This document shows positions 1 through 8,700 of a stretch of 64,000 nt of DNA, piece by piece (position 1 is the stretch's first letter; the number at the start of each line of letters is the position of its first letter). The notes under the pieces are model-generated. The model was not told the origin of the DNA. It worked only from the letters and a program-made list of their open reading frames with translations, and ran no database searches. This stretch comes from Polyangiales bacterium (GTDB taxonomy: Bacteria > Myxococcota_A > Polyangia > Polyangiales > Polyangiaceae), in contig JBBRLQ010000027.1 in NCBI GenBank assembly GCA_038231275.1, forward strand, positions 32,001 to 96,000, given 5' to 3'. A program made the position numbers and the translations under genes.

Positions 1-27
1 CCCTGGTGATTCTCGGCGTGAGGCCGG

Positions 28-1041
28 CTACGGCACGATCAGCCGTAGCGCCTGCTTCCAAACGTCGATCGTGACCGTCTCGCTGGGATCGGCGGAGAGC
101 TCCTCGCCGTCGAGCTGCCCCATGAGCGTCGCGCCCTCCTTCTTCACCACGAAGCGCAGCTCCAGCTTCGACGCGCGAAAGGGCTTGCTGTGCTCGATGC
201 CGACGGCGTTCAGGACCTCTTCGGAGAGCGGATTTCCGTCCAGATCGACGATCGCCTTGCTCGTCCAATCGAGCTTGCCGCAGAACGGCACGACCTCGAA
301 GATGCCGTCGTCGTGCTGGCTCGTGCGATCGAAGACCCACGCGCCGCCGTAGACGCGCGTGCCCTTCACGATGAGGTCCGTGACGCCCGTGAGCTCGATG
401 GTCTCGCCGTCGGCGACCGCATGGACCGTGAACGTGTCGTCGACGACGTACGATTCGAGGAAGACGCGGAGGAGCGCGCCGGCGTACACCATCTGATCGC
501 GGTAGATGGCCTTGAGAGGCTCGATCGGCTCGATCGCGCGGCGATCCTCGTTGCGCGTGCGGAGGACGCGCGCGCTGATGCCCCAGCCCGCCGAGTCGAA
601 GAAGAGCGCCTCGAGCAGGCTCTTCCCGTCGGCACCGTAACGGGTGAGCCGTCCGGCGTCGAGGCGCGTCTCTTTGCCCGCGAGGACGACCGCGAGGTTT
701 CGCTCGAGCGCGTCCTCGCCCGCCTCGAGCCCGAAGCTGCGCCCTTGATCGTTCGCGGTGCCGGTGGGCAGCATGCCCATCGCGACCTCGTCGCGGCGAG
801 GGCTCGCGAGGATGCCGGCCGCGACCTCGCGAAATGTGCCGTCGCCGCCCATGTAAATGAGCGTGGCGTGCTTGCCGTCGTCGACCGCGCGACGCACGAG
901 ATCGATCGTTTCGCCGGCCGGCTTCGTGGCGACGAAGTCACAGGGTGCGCCGTGCGCCGCCAGCCACGCGCGCGCGCTCTCGATGCGCTCGGCGTTCTTG
1001 CCGCTCTGCGCGGTCGGGTTTCCAACGAGGAGGATCGTCAT
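28..1041 (-). CDS. Diacylglycerol kinase (YegS/DAGK-like) family lipid kinase
   Basis: Motifs NPTAQSG, MGGDGT, PTGTAND and C-terminal QLDGE are typical of the DAGK catalytic/accessory domains; RBS-like GAGAGGG upstream. Confidence 0.9.
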   Translation of the reverse strand: MTILLVGNPTAQSGKNAERIESARAWLAAHGAPCDFVATKPAGETIDLVRRAVDDGKHATLIYMGGDGTFREVAAGILASPRRDEVAMGMLPTGTANDQGRSFGLEAGEDALERNLAVVLAGKETRLDAGRLTRYGADGKSLLEALFFDSAGWGISARVLRTRNEDRRAIEPIEPLKAIYRDQMVYAGALLRVFLESYVVDDTFTVHAVADGETIELTGVTDLIVKGTRVYGGAWVFDRTSQHDDGIFEVVPFCGKLDWTSKAIVDLDGNPLSEEVLNAVGIEHSKPFRASKLELRFVVKKEGATLMGQLDGEELSADPSETVTIDVWKQALRLIVP

Positions 1042-1056
1042 CCGAAGCCCACCCTC

Positions 1057-1665
1057 TCACCCTCCTAGGCAACGAATCTCGAAGCCGTAGTCGGGCCCCT
1101 TCGCGGTCGGGATCTGCTTGCACGTCGCGGCCGAGACGCACGGTGTCCCGGCCGGGAAGCAGCTGCACGACGACGTCCGCGCGCACGACTTCGGGAGGGG
1201 CAAGCAGGTGTCGGTCTCCGGCGGCGGCGGGACGTCGTTGAACGCGCGCTGGCAGTACTGCGTCGCGGCGTCGCACAGGATCGTTCCGCACGCGAAGAGC
1301 TGGCCCGGCGGGACCGTCGGCGGCGGCTTCGCGCACGGGCCGAGCGTGGTGACCGAGGCTCCGGCGCCTGCCGCGGTGCACGGATTGCCGTACGTCACGC
1401 CGTCGCAGCCGCAGACCGGCTGACCGATGTCGGTGCACGCGGTGGGGATCGCCGTGCATGTGCCAGCCGTGCCGCATGTGGCGCCGACGTCGCAGTATCC
1501 GCCCGCCGCGCACGCCTGTGTGGCGTTGCACCCTCCGCCGATCGCGCTGGGGGGCGGCGTCTTCGATCCGCCGTCGTTTCCCGTGTTTTCGACGGGCGCG
1601 ATGCTGCCGCCGCAGGCGCCGACGACGCACGCCGTCGCGAGGATCGAGGCGAAAAAGAAGCGCAT
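1057..1665 (-). CDS. Cys-rich lipoprotein with a Kazal-like domain
   Basis: Signal peptide with lipobox (VVGAC), CTDIGQPVCGCDGVTYGNPC Kazal-type motif, many additional Cys. Confidence 0.8.
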   Translation of the reverse strand: MRFFFASILATACVVGACGGSIAPVENTGNDGGSKTPPPSAIGGGCNATQACAAGGYCDVGATCGTAGTCTAIPTACTDIGQPVCGCDGVTYGNPCTAAGAGASVTTLGPCAKPPPTVPPGQLFACGTILCDAATQYCQRAFNDVPPPPETDTCLPLPKSCARTSSCSCFPAGTPCVSAATCKQIPTAKGPDYGFEIRCLGG

Positions 1666-1715
1666 GCGGCCCAGCGAAGCACGAAACGCGCCCGACGGCG
1701 ACGGTCCAGGAGGGG

Positions 1716-2341
1716 CTAGGAGCCTGTCCCCGAAACGTTCGTTTCGGGAACGGGCTCCGTCGTGACGATTCAGGTGGGAACCTTCCGGTTCCCCTCGAGC
1801 ACGAAGTGCTCGAGCCTCCCCTCGGTCGCCTTCGGCCAGTCGTGCTTCGCACGACGGTGGGTCGGGATCAGCGGTCGAGAGAAGCCAGCTTCAACAAAGT
1901 TGTGTACGGTGCAGAGCAAGCTCCATTCGCCGCGCACGTTGACCGCGCCACGCATCGAAAATCGGCGGAAGCCGCGCGCCTCCTTGATGTGCCCGTTCAC
2001 CGGCTCCACGATCTGCCGCCAGTACCCCCGCTACCGCCGCGGGACCGCTCGCGAGCCGCTTTTCCGCGGCCTCCGCCTCCAGCGCCTCGAACGCTCGCCG
2101 TCACGGCCATGAAATCCGACCGCTCTTCGCATCCGCGCGCGATCCGGCGCGACGAGTACACGCCCTGCGAGGACGCACCCCCGGACATTCCCGCCTCCGT
2201 GAAAATGCCGTGCGACGCGCGGCTCGCCGAAGGCGACCAGGGGAGGCTCGCTCGCCTCGCGAGCGAGGGGGTCGGAAGACCCCACTTGAACCGTCACGAC
2301 GGAGCCTGTTCGGAGACGAAGTTTCCGGGACAGGCTCCTAG
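1716..2341. mobile_element. Non-autonomous IS-derived/MITE-like element with long structured terminal inverted repeats
   Basis: CTAG at both ends (1716-1719, 2338-2341); imperfect inverted repeats ~1716-1853 and ~2209-2341; internal transposase fragment. Confidence 0.75.
1878..2025 (-). pseudogene. C-terminal fragment of an IS1182-like DDE transposase
   Basis: RQIVEPVNGHIKEARGFRRFSMRGAVNVRGEWSLLCTVHN resembles the IS1182 C-terminus; removing one T after HN restores LLKLASLDR-stop; no N-terminal part present. Confidence 0.75.
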
Positions 2342-3660
2342 CCGCCCGAATAGAACGTCGCCATCGCCGGCGGGAAGTAGAAGACGACCTCGACGATCGC
2401 GAGGACGAAGAAGAGCGACTGGAAGGTCGCCCAATCGAGTCGCGCCTTGCCGAAGGTCACGACGTGCTCGCTCGTCGCGTGCGGCGCGATCGCGCGCATC
2501 GCCGCGTAGGTCGTCGGCAGGAACATCGCGAGGCTAAAGCGCTCCCCTGCCCCGAGCGGCCCGTAGAAGCCGAGCACGAGGAGGTGCGCGAAGAGGTACG
2601 GCGCCACGAACCACCCGACCCACGCGTCGTCGCGGAGGCGCAGGACCCTCTTCCGCAGATCGGCGTTCTTGACGACGAGCGCCGTCGCGAAGCCGAGGAG
2701 CAGCAAGAAGAAGAGCGCGTAGCCGTGGGACAGGAGGCAATTGCCGACGACCTCACCCACCCCGCCGACCGTGCGAAGGACGATGTCGCCGACCGAGTGC
2801 GTCTGGAGGAAGGATCGCATCGTCGGGATCTCCGGCGGTGGGTGGTCCTTCCAGATGTCGTGGGTGCCGAACCGGCGGTTCAGCTCACAATACTGCTCCC
2901 ACGAATCGCACCACATCACGTAGCGCGTGCTCATGTCGTAGAGGTACGCGCCGTAAATGGCCTTGCTCGTCTTCGCGTACGGGTAGACCCCAGCGAAGAA
3001 CGTCGCGAAGGCGACGCCGGCGAGCGCGGTGTTCTTCAGCGCCGTCCTGACGGGGCCGCGGCGCGCGACGCGCACGACCTCACGCGCGACGATCGCGGCG
3101 ACGAACAGGTAGAGGCCGAGAAGTGCCGTCCCCTTGGTGAGGAAGCCTACGGCGGTGAGCGCGCCGGTCGCGATCGCCAGCGGCAACGTCGGCGCGCGCC
3201 ACGTTCGGCACATGACGAGGAACTGCGCGAACAGGATCGCGTAGACCAGCACCTCGGCCTGCACGTACGGAGCGCGGAACGCGATCACGAAGAAGATCGT
3301 GACCGTCGCGAGGTTCCGCGCCTCCGCGCGCGGCAGGAGACGCGCGAGCCCCCACGCGAGCAGCAGCGAGAGCGCGAGGGACAGCGCGATGTTGACCCGC
3401 TTGGCGCGCGTGAACTGCGCGCCCGCGCTTGCGGTCGGATCCAGGAACACGGCCTGGAGCGTCGGGTAAATCGGCATCTGCCGGCGCGTCCCGATAGCGG
3501 TGAAGCCCGACTCCTTTTGCCGCACGGCGTACGCGAGGTACGAGTCCTGATCGTGGCGGACGGGATCGGTGTTGACGCGCGCTTCGTGCACCAGCGCCAT
3601 CGCGACGAACGCGACGACGCCGAGCAGGATCCACAGGTGCTTCAACCTGGCGCGCGCCAT
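2338..3660 (-). CDS. Polytopic membrane protein, probable GT-C (ArnT/PMT-like) glycosyltransferase
   Basis: About 10 hydrophobic segments; acidic DQDSY loop after TM1, PIYP, AE and LTKG motifs typical of GT39/GT83-like enzymes. Confidence 0.6.
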   Translation of the reverse strand: MARARLKHLWILLGVVAFVAMALVHEARVNTDPVRHDQDSYLAYAVRQKESGFTAIGTRRQMPIYPTLQAVFLDPTASAGAQFTRAKRVNIALSLALSLLLAWGLARLLPRAEARNLATVTIFFVIAFRAPYVQAEVLVYAILFAQFLVMCRTWRAPTLPLAIATGALTAVGFLTKGTALLGLYLFVAAIVAREVVRVARRGPVRTALKNTALAGVAFATFFAGVYPYAKTSKAIYGAYLYDMSTRYVMWCDSWEQYCELNRRFGTHDIWKDHPPPEIPTMRSFLQTHSVGDIVLRTVGGVGEVVGNCLLSHGYALFFLLLLGFATALVVKNADLRKRVLRLRDDAWVGWFVAPYLFAHLLVLGFYGPLGAGERFSLAMFLPTTYAAMRAIAPHATSEHVVTFGKARLDWATFQSLFFVLAIVEVVFYFPPAMATFYSGG

Positions 3661-3686
3661 TGCGCGGCTACGCTAGCCGAGTTCGT

Positions 3687-3824
3687 TCAGCGGCGGTCGT
3701 CGAAGGCGCGCGGCGTCGGCGACGAGGCGGGCCGCCCCGTCGGGTCGGTGCAAGCGACGGCGAAGATCGACGCGAGGATGACGACGCAAACGGAGAGGGC
3801 GGTAACGCGGGTGGTGTGGCTCAT
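3687..3824 (-). CDS. Small putative lipoprotein, 45 aa (not in ORF track)
   Basis: MSHTTRVTALSVCVVILASIFAVACTDPTGRPASSPTPRAFDDRR; AAAGGGGA RBS-like sequence 8 nt before ATG; hydrophobic signal ending in AVAC lipobox. Confidence 0.6.
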   Translation of the reverse strand: MSHTTRVTALSVCVVILASIFAVACTDPTGRPASSPTPRAFDDRR

Positions 3825-3921
3825 GGTTCAAATCCCCTTTCGTCCGTCTTGTCGTGGGGACCCGCAGCGAAATTTCGCCTTTTTCGGCGCGCCGCGAAAA
3901 TTCGCGGAATTTACGCCAAAA

Positions 3922-4866
3922 TCAAGGGCTGATGATGTGACCGCGCGTCTCGAGCGGAGGGGCCTCGGCGTGCACGAGGTCGAACCCGTAGCCCGCGAGG
4001 AGGTAGACGAAGTGCTGCATCAGCCCACCTCGATCGAGCGGCATGTCGCGCTCGTACGCGACGTGGAGCTCGATCGGCGGCGCTCGGAAGATCACCTCGG
4101 GCGTGAAATCGAGCTCCGTGGGACCGATGAAGTTCCGGTTGCCGCGATCGGTGAACATCGTCGCGTCGACGCCCACCGAGACGTGATCGTCCACGACGCT
4201 GAGCTCGACGTGCCCGGCGTAGCGAAACAGAGCGAGCCCCGTATTGTCGGGTCGCGCGGCGTAGGTCGGGTTGACGGCGAACCAGCCAAACGTCAGCCAC
4301 CCCGACACGTCGCCGTGCGCGAGCGCCTCACCGAGCTTCGGGAACGTGGTGGCGAGGGAATAGAGGTACCGGGCGCGCGCATCGACGTACGTCTGCGAGC
4401 TCGGCGGGATCGCGAGCTCGTCCGGCGTCGCGTCGAGCGTGCGGTCGTGCTCGACGCGCGTGCCCAGCTCGAGCGCGCCCGGCCCGACATTCCAGGTGCT
4501 CGTGACCCCGGTGATGACGTCGCCCTCGCTGGGGATCAGTTTTCGGAGGCCGGTCCGAGTGCGATCGGTGAACATGTTGACGTCGATCGGAATCGACAAC
4601 TTCCGTCCGATCAAATCGATGTCGGCGTGGAGCGCGTACCGAAAGAGCGTGAGGCCCGTGTTGGCGGGACGCGCGGCGTAGGAAGGGTTGTAAATCGACA
4701 CGCCGTAGAGGAGCGATCCGGCGATGTCGAAGCCCTGATCCTCCCCCTCGACAGCGCCGCCGTGCGCGCTCCCCTGCTTGTCGAGCGCGCGCGCCGACCC
4801 TGCTCCTCCGAAGAAGAGGAGTAGAAACACGGGGACGCCGAGTCCGAGGGCTCGCGAGCAACGCAC
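3922..4866 (-). CDS. Secreted/outer-membrane hypothetical protein with an internal duplication
   Basis: Signal peptide; two copies of NP(S/T)YAARP(A/D)NTGL(T/A)LFRYA..MFTDR; alternating beta-strand pattern. Confidence 0.75.
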   Translation of the reverse strand: MRCSRALGLGVPVFLLLFFGGAGSARALDKQGSAHGGAVEGEDQGFDIAGSLLYGVSIYNPSYAARPANTGLTLFRYALHADIDLIGRKLSIPIDVNMFTDRTRTGLRKLIPSEGDVITGVTSTWNVGPGALELGTRVEHDRTLDATPDELAIPPSSQTYVDARARYLYSLATTFPKLGEALAHGDVSGWLTFGWFAVNPTYAARPDNTGLALFRYAGHVELSVVDDHVSVGVDATMFTDRGNRNFIGPTELDFTPEVIFRAPPIELHVAYERDMPLDRGGLMQHFVYLLAGYGFDLVHAEAPPLETRGHIISP

Positions 4867-4932
4867 GCGACGCCGATGCTACCTTGAGCGCCCTACATCC
4901 GGGGACCAAACGACCCTAGTGTAGAGGCAGCA

Positions 4933-6195
4933 ATGGATCGCATCCCCCACGTCGTGATCGTCGGCGCCGGCTTCGGCGGCCTCACTGCTGCAAAGGCGAT
5001 GGGAGGCATGCGCGTGCGCGTCACAGTCGTCGACCGAACCAACCACCACCTCTTCCAGCCCCTCCTCTACCAGGTCGCGATGGCCGGGCTCTCCCCTGCG
5101 GAGATCGCGCAGCCGGTTCGGTCGATCCTCTCGCCGCAGGAAAATACGCGCGTCGTGCTCGCGGAGGTCGCCGGCGTCGATCTCGCGGGGCAAGACGTCC
5201 TGCTTACCGACGGCGCGAGCCTCGCGTACGACTACCTCGTCCTCGCCACCGGCGCGAAGACGGCGTATTTCGGGCACCCGGAGTGGGAGCGATTCGCCCC
5301 CGGCTTGAAGGCGCTCGACGACGCGGTGGAGATTCGAAGGCGCGTGCTCACGGCCTTCGAGATGGCCGAACGCGAGGAGGACGAGGCGCGGCGGCGCGAG
5401 CTGCTCACGTTCGTCGTGATCGGCGCCGGCCCCACCGGAGTCGAGATGGCCGGCGCGCTATCCGAGCTGGCACGCAAGACGATCACTGACGATTTTCGGG
5501 CGATCCGCCCAAGCGAGGCGCGCGTCATCCTCGTCGAGGGGGGCGACCGCGTCTTGCCCGCGATGCCGACCGATCTGTCCGAGCGAGCGCGCGAGCAGCT
5601 CGCCGAGATCGGCGTCGAGGTCCGGCTCGGGATGCGCGTGACGAACATCGACGCGCACGGCGTCGAGCTGGGCGCCGAGCGTCTGACGTCTGCGACCGTC
5701 GTGTGGGCGGCCGGCGTCGAGGCCACGCCGCTCACCGCGACGCTCGGAGTGCCGCTCGACAAGATGGGCCGCGTTCTCGTCGGCCGCGATCTCGCGCTAC
5801 CCGGTCACCCCGACGCCTTCGCGATCGGCGACATGGCGCGTTTCGAGCAAGACGGCGCGCCGCTCCCCGGCATCAGCCCGGTCGCGATGCAGCAGGCGCG
5901 CTTCGTCGCCGAGCTCATCGCCCGCGAGGAGAAGAGCCAGACGCGGCTCGAGTTCCGCTACCACGACAAAGGCTCGATGGCGACGATCGGCCGCTCGCGC
6001 GCGGTGGCCCAGACGGGCAAGATTCACCTCACCGGCTTCATCGCGTGGCTCGCGTGGCTCGTGGTCCACATCTGGTACCTGATCGGCTTCCGTAGCCGCC
6101 TCGTCGTGCTCATCACCTGGGCGTGGTCGTACCTGACCTACCGCCGCGGCGCGCGCCTCATCACCGCTCGCACGTGGGAGCCACATTCGCGATAG
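4933..6195 (+). CDS. ndh: Type II NADH dehydrogenase (FAD-dependent oxidoreductase)
   Basis: GAGFGG, HLFQPLLYQVA, GAGPTGVEMAG, FAIGD and YHDKGSMATIGR motifs. Confidence 0.93.
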   Translation: MDRIPHVVIVGAGFGGLTAAKAMGGMRVRVTVVDRTNHHLFQPLLYQVAMAGLSPAEIAQPVRSILSPQENTRVVLAEVAGVDLAGQDVLLTDGASLAYDYLVLATGAKTAYFGHPEWERFAPGLKALDDAVEIRRRVLTAFEMAEREEDEARRRELLTFVVIGAGPTGVEMAGALSELARKTITDDFRAIRPSEARVILVEGGDRVLPAMPTDLSERAREQLAEIGVEVRLGMRVTNIDAHGVELGAERLTSATVVWAAGVEATPLTATLGVPLDKMGRVLVGRDLALPGHPDAFAIGDMARFEQDGAPLPGISPVAMQQARFVAELIAREEKSQTRLEFRYHDKGSMATIGRSRAVAQTGKIHLTGFIAWLAWLVVHIWYLIGFRSRLVVLITWAWSYLTYRRGARLITARTWEPHSR

Positions 6196-6225
6196 TCGGC
6201 GCGCGACGTCACTCGTGAGCGCCGT

Positions 6226-8127
6226 CTACCAGCCGCATTTTTCGCCCTTGATCTGATCCTTCAGCCACCCGCGAAGTGGCGCGAAGTACTCGAGCAGCGC
6301 CGTCGCATCGGCCCTGGTCTCGCCGGGGCTCAAGGTCGAAAGCGCCTCCGGCCACGGCTTGCTCGCGCCGAGCGACAGCATCGCGGAGAGGCGCTTGCCC
6401 GCCTCTTTGTTGCCGTAGATGGAGCACTTATCGAGTGGCCCAGTGTGCCCCGCCGCCTTGCAGAGCGCGCGGTGGAACTGAAATTGGTAGATGAGCGCGA
6501 GGAAGTAGCGGAGGTACGGCGTGCTCGACGCGACGTGGTACTTCGCGGCCGGATCGAAATCGGCTTCGCTGCGAGGGGCGGGAGGGGCGACGCCCTGGTA
6601 CTTCGTGCGGAGCGCCCACCACGTCTCGTTGTAGCGCGCCTTCGGCACCTTGCCGGCGAGGACGTCCCAGCGCCACTTGTCCACGACGGGGCCGAAGGGC
6701 AAAAACGACACCTTCGACATCGCCATCTTCATCTGCTGGATCAGGAGCGCCTTGTCGTTCGCGGGCAGCTGATCGATGAGGCCGAGGTTCTTGAGGTACT
6801 GCGGCGTGACGCTGAGGGCGAGCGTGTCGCCGATCCCCTCGTGGAAGCCGTCGTTCGCGCCGCCCTGGAAGAGCATCGGGCGCGTGTAATAGTGGTGGTA
6901 ATAGTAGTCGTGTCCGAGCTCGTGATGGATCGTGATGAGATCCTCCTCAGTCGGCGTGATGCACATCTTGATGCGCAGATCGTCGTTGTACTGAGGGTCC
7001 CACGCGCTCGCGTGGCACACGACGTCACGATCCTTGGGGCGCGTGAAGAGCGAGCGATCCCAGAAGGTGGCCGGTAGCTTGTCCATCCCCAGCGAGACGA
7101 AGAACGCCTCGCCCATCTGGACCATCTTGCGCGCGTCGACCTTCTTCTCGACGAGGCGCTTGCCGACGTCGAGGTTCGGCTGCCCTTTGTAGGGCTCGGT
7201 GATGTCCGAGATGTTGTTCCACTCCTGCGCCCACATGTTGCCGAGCAGGTGCGCCGGGATCGGCGCGTGCTCGGCGACCTTGTCCTTGCCGTATTTGTCG
7301 CGCAGGCGCGCGCGCGCGTAGCAGTGGAGCTCGTCATAGAACGGCTTCGTCTCTTGCCAGAGCCGCTCGACGTCGGCCTCGAGCTCGGCGGGCGTCATGT
7401 CGTAGCCGGCGCGCCACAGCTCGCCCATGTCGGCGAAGCCGATTTCCTTCGCGCCCTTGTTCCCCAGCTCGACGTAGCGCGCGAACTTGTCCTTCATCGC
7501 CGGCGCGACGGAGTGCCAGCCGGTCCACGCCTCGGTGAGCTCGTCGTAGTTCCGGCTCTTGGCGAGCGTCTTGCTCAGATCGTCGAGCGTGAGGCAGTTG
7601 CCGTTGAGGCGCTTCGGGCAGTACTTGCCCTTGCCGTAGGTGCTCGTCATCCACGATTGGATTTCGGCGAGCTCCCGGCGCTCGTTGGCGTCGCTCGGCG
7701 CGGGCACCGTCTGCGACGTGCGGAGGAGCGTCATCTGCCGCGCGAGATCGGCGGGCAGGTTCAGGTCCTTGTATCGGCGCGACGCGATGATGGCCTGCCC
7801 CGCGTACGCGCTCGTCGCCTCTTCCGCGGCGGCGGACAAGAGCTCGGTGTCGTCCGTGATGAAGTTCTGGTTCACCCATCCTGCGCGATCGCGGGCGGTC
7901 CAGAGGCGGCGGAGATCCTTGTCGACCCGCGTGAAGAACGCGGTGGCCTCCTCGACGGTCGGCGGTCCCTTCGCGGCCTCGCCAGGGAGCAAGCCGCCCT
8001 TCGCGCACTCGGGACACGCGGGCGCCACCGTCGGGACCGCCGGAGGAGGCGCAGTCTCGCCTCCGCAGGCGAGCGGGAGAAAGGGGATGGCAAACGCGAT
8101 TCCGAGTGCGGCGCTTCTGAGCTTCAT
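6226..8127 (-). CDS. M2 family peptidyl-dipeptidase (ACE-like zinc metallopeptidase), lipoprotein
   Basis: HHELGH and FHEGIGD zinc ligands, PAHLLGNMWAQ, VCHASAWD; start moved to MKLRSAALG (8127) with lipobox PLAC. Confidence 0.93.
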   Translation of the reverse strand: MKLRSAALGIAFAIPFLPLACGGETAPPPAVPTVAPACPECAKGGLLPGEAAKGPPTVEEATAFFTRVDKDLRRLWTARDRAGWVNQNFITDDTELLSAAAEEATSAYAGQAIIASRRYKDLNLPADLARQMTLLRTSQTVPAPSDANERRELAEIQSWMTSTYGKGKYCPKRLNGNCLTLDDLSKTLAKSRNYDELTEAWTGWHSVAPAMKDKFARYVELGNKGAKEIGFADMGELWRAGYDMTPAELEADVERLWQETKPFYDELHCYARARLRDKYGKDKVAEHAPIPAHLLGNMWAQEWNNISDITEPYKGQPNLDVGKRLVEKKVDARKMVQMGEAFFVSLGMDKLPATFWDRSLFTRPKDRDVVCHASAWDPQYNDDLRIKMCITPTEEDLITIHHELGHDYYYHHYYTRPMLFQGGANDGFHEGIGDTLALSVTPQYLKNLGLIDQLPANDKALLIQQMKMAMSKVSFLPFGPVVDKWRWDVLAGKVPKARYNETWWALRTKYQGVAPPAPRSEADFDPAAKYHVASSTPYLRYFLALIYQFQFHRALCKAAGHTGPLDKCSIYGNKEAGKRLSAMLSLGASKPWPEALSTLSPGETRADATALLEYFAPLRGWLKDQIKGEKCGW

Positions 8128-8181
8128 CCGTGATCTCCTGTGGAAAGGGAGGCGAGGCCTATTTACGCCTACAATGGCCCG

Positions 8182-8679
8182 ATGAGGCGCCTTTTCCTTT
8201 CCGTCGCGCTCTTGGCCGTGATCTGGCCCAACCGCGCCGCCGCCGAGGAGTCGATCATCAAGAACCCCGGAGAGCACACGCGCTACGGGATCGAATTCGA
8301 GCCGCACGCGCTCCTCGGCTACGGCGGACACGGCCTCAAAAGCGGAATGCCCGGCATCGGCGCGCGCGGCACCTTCATCTTGGTCGAGAACGGCTTCGTT
8401 CCGAGCATCAACAACAACGTCGGGCTCGGCCTCGGCATCGATGTGTTCCCGTCGCGCACGGTGGTCCTCGACATCCCGTTCGTTCTCCAGTGGAACTTCT
8501 TCCTGTCCACGCACTTCTCCGTCTTCGGCGAGCCGGGGCTCGGGATCCTCTACTCGGGGGACGGGGTCCTTCATCCGGTCCTCTACGGCGGCGGGCGTTT
8601 CCACTTCACCGAGAGCATCGCCCTCACCGTCCGGCTCGGGTATCCGTCCGGCTCGGTCGGCGTCTCCTTTCTTCTTTGA
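8182..8679 (+). CDS. Small outer-membrane beta-barrel protein (hypothetical)
   Basis: Signal peptide MRRLFLSVALLAVIWPNRAAA, amphipathic strands, aromatic C-terminus VGVSFLL. Confidence 0.7.
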   Translation: MRRLFLSVALLAVIWPNRAAAEESIIKNPGEHTRYGIEFEPHALLGYGGHGLKSGMPGIGARGTFILVENGFVPSINNNVGLGLGIDVFPSRTVVLDIPFVLQWNFFLSTHFSVFGEPGLGILYSGDGVLHPVLYGGGRFHFTESIALTVRLGYPSGSVGVSFLL

Positions 8680-8700
8680 GCGCCTGACCATGACCGCACG

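Noticed and set aside
1716..2341. Active autonomous IS
   Set aside because: Only about 50 codons of transposase remain, with a frameshift
2464..4824. Long alternative-frame or antisense ORFs (also 12304-14196, 23069-25192, 36044-38494, 36574-38919, 38675-40759)
   Set aside because: They are shadows of well-supported genes, expected in high-GC DNA, with no family motifs
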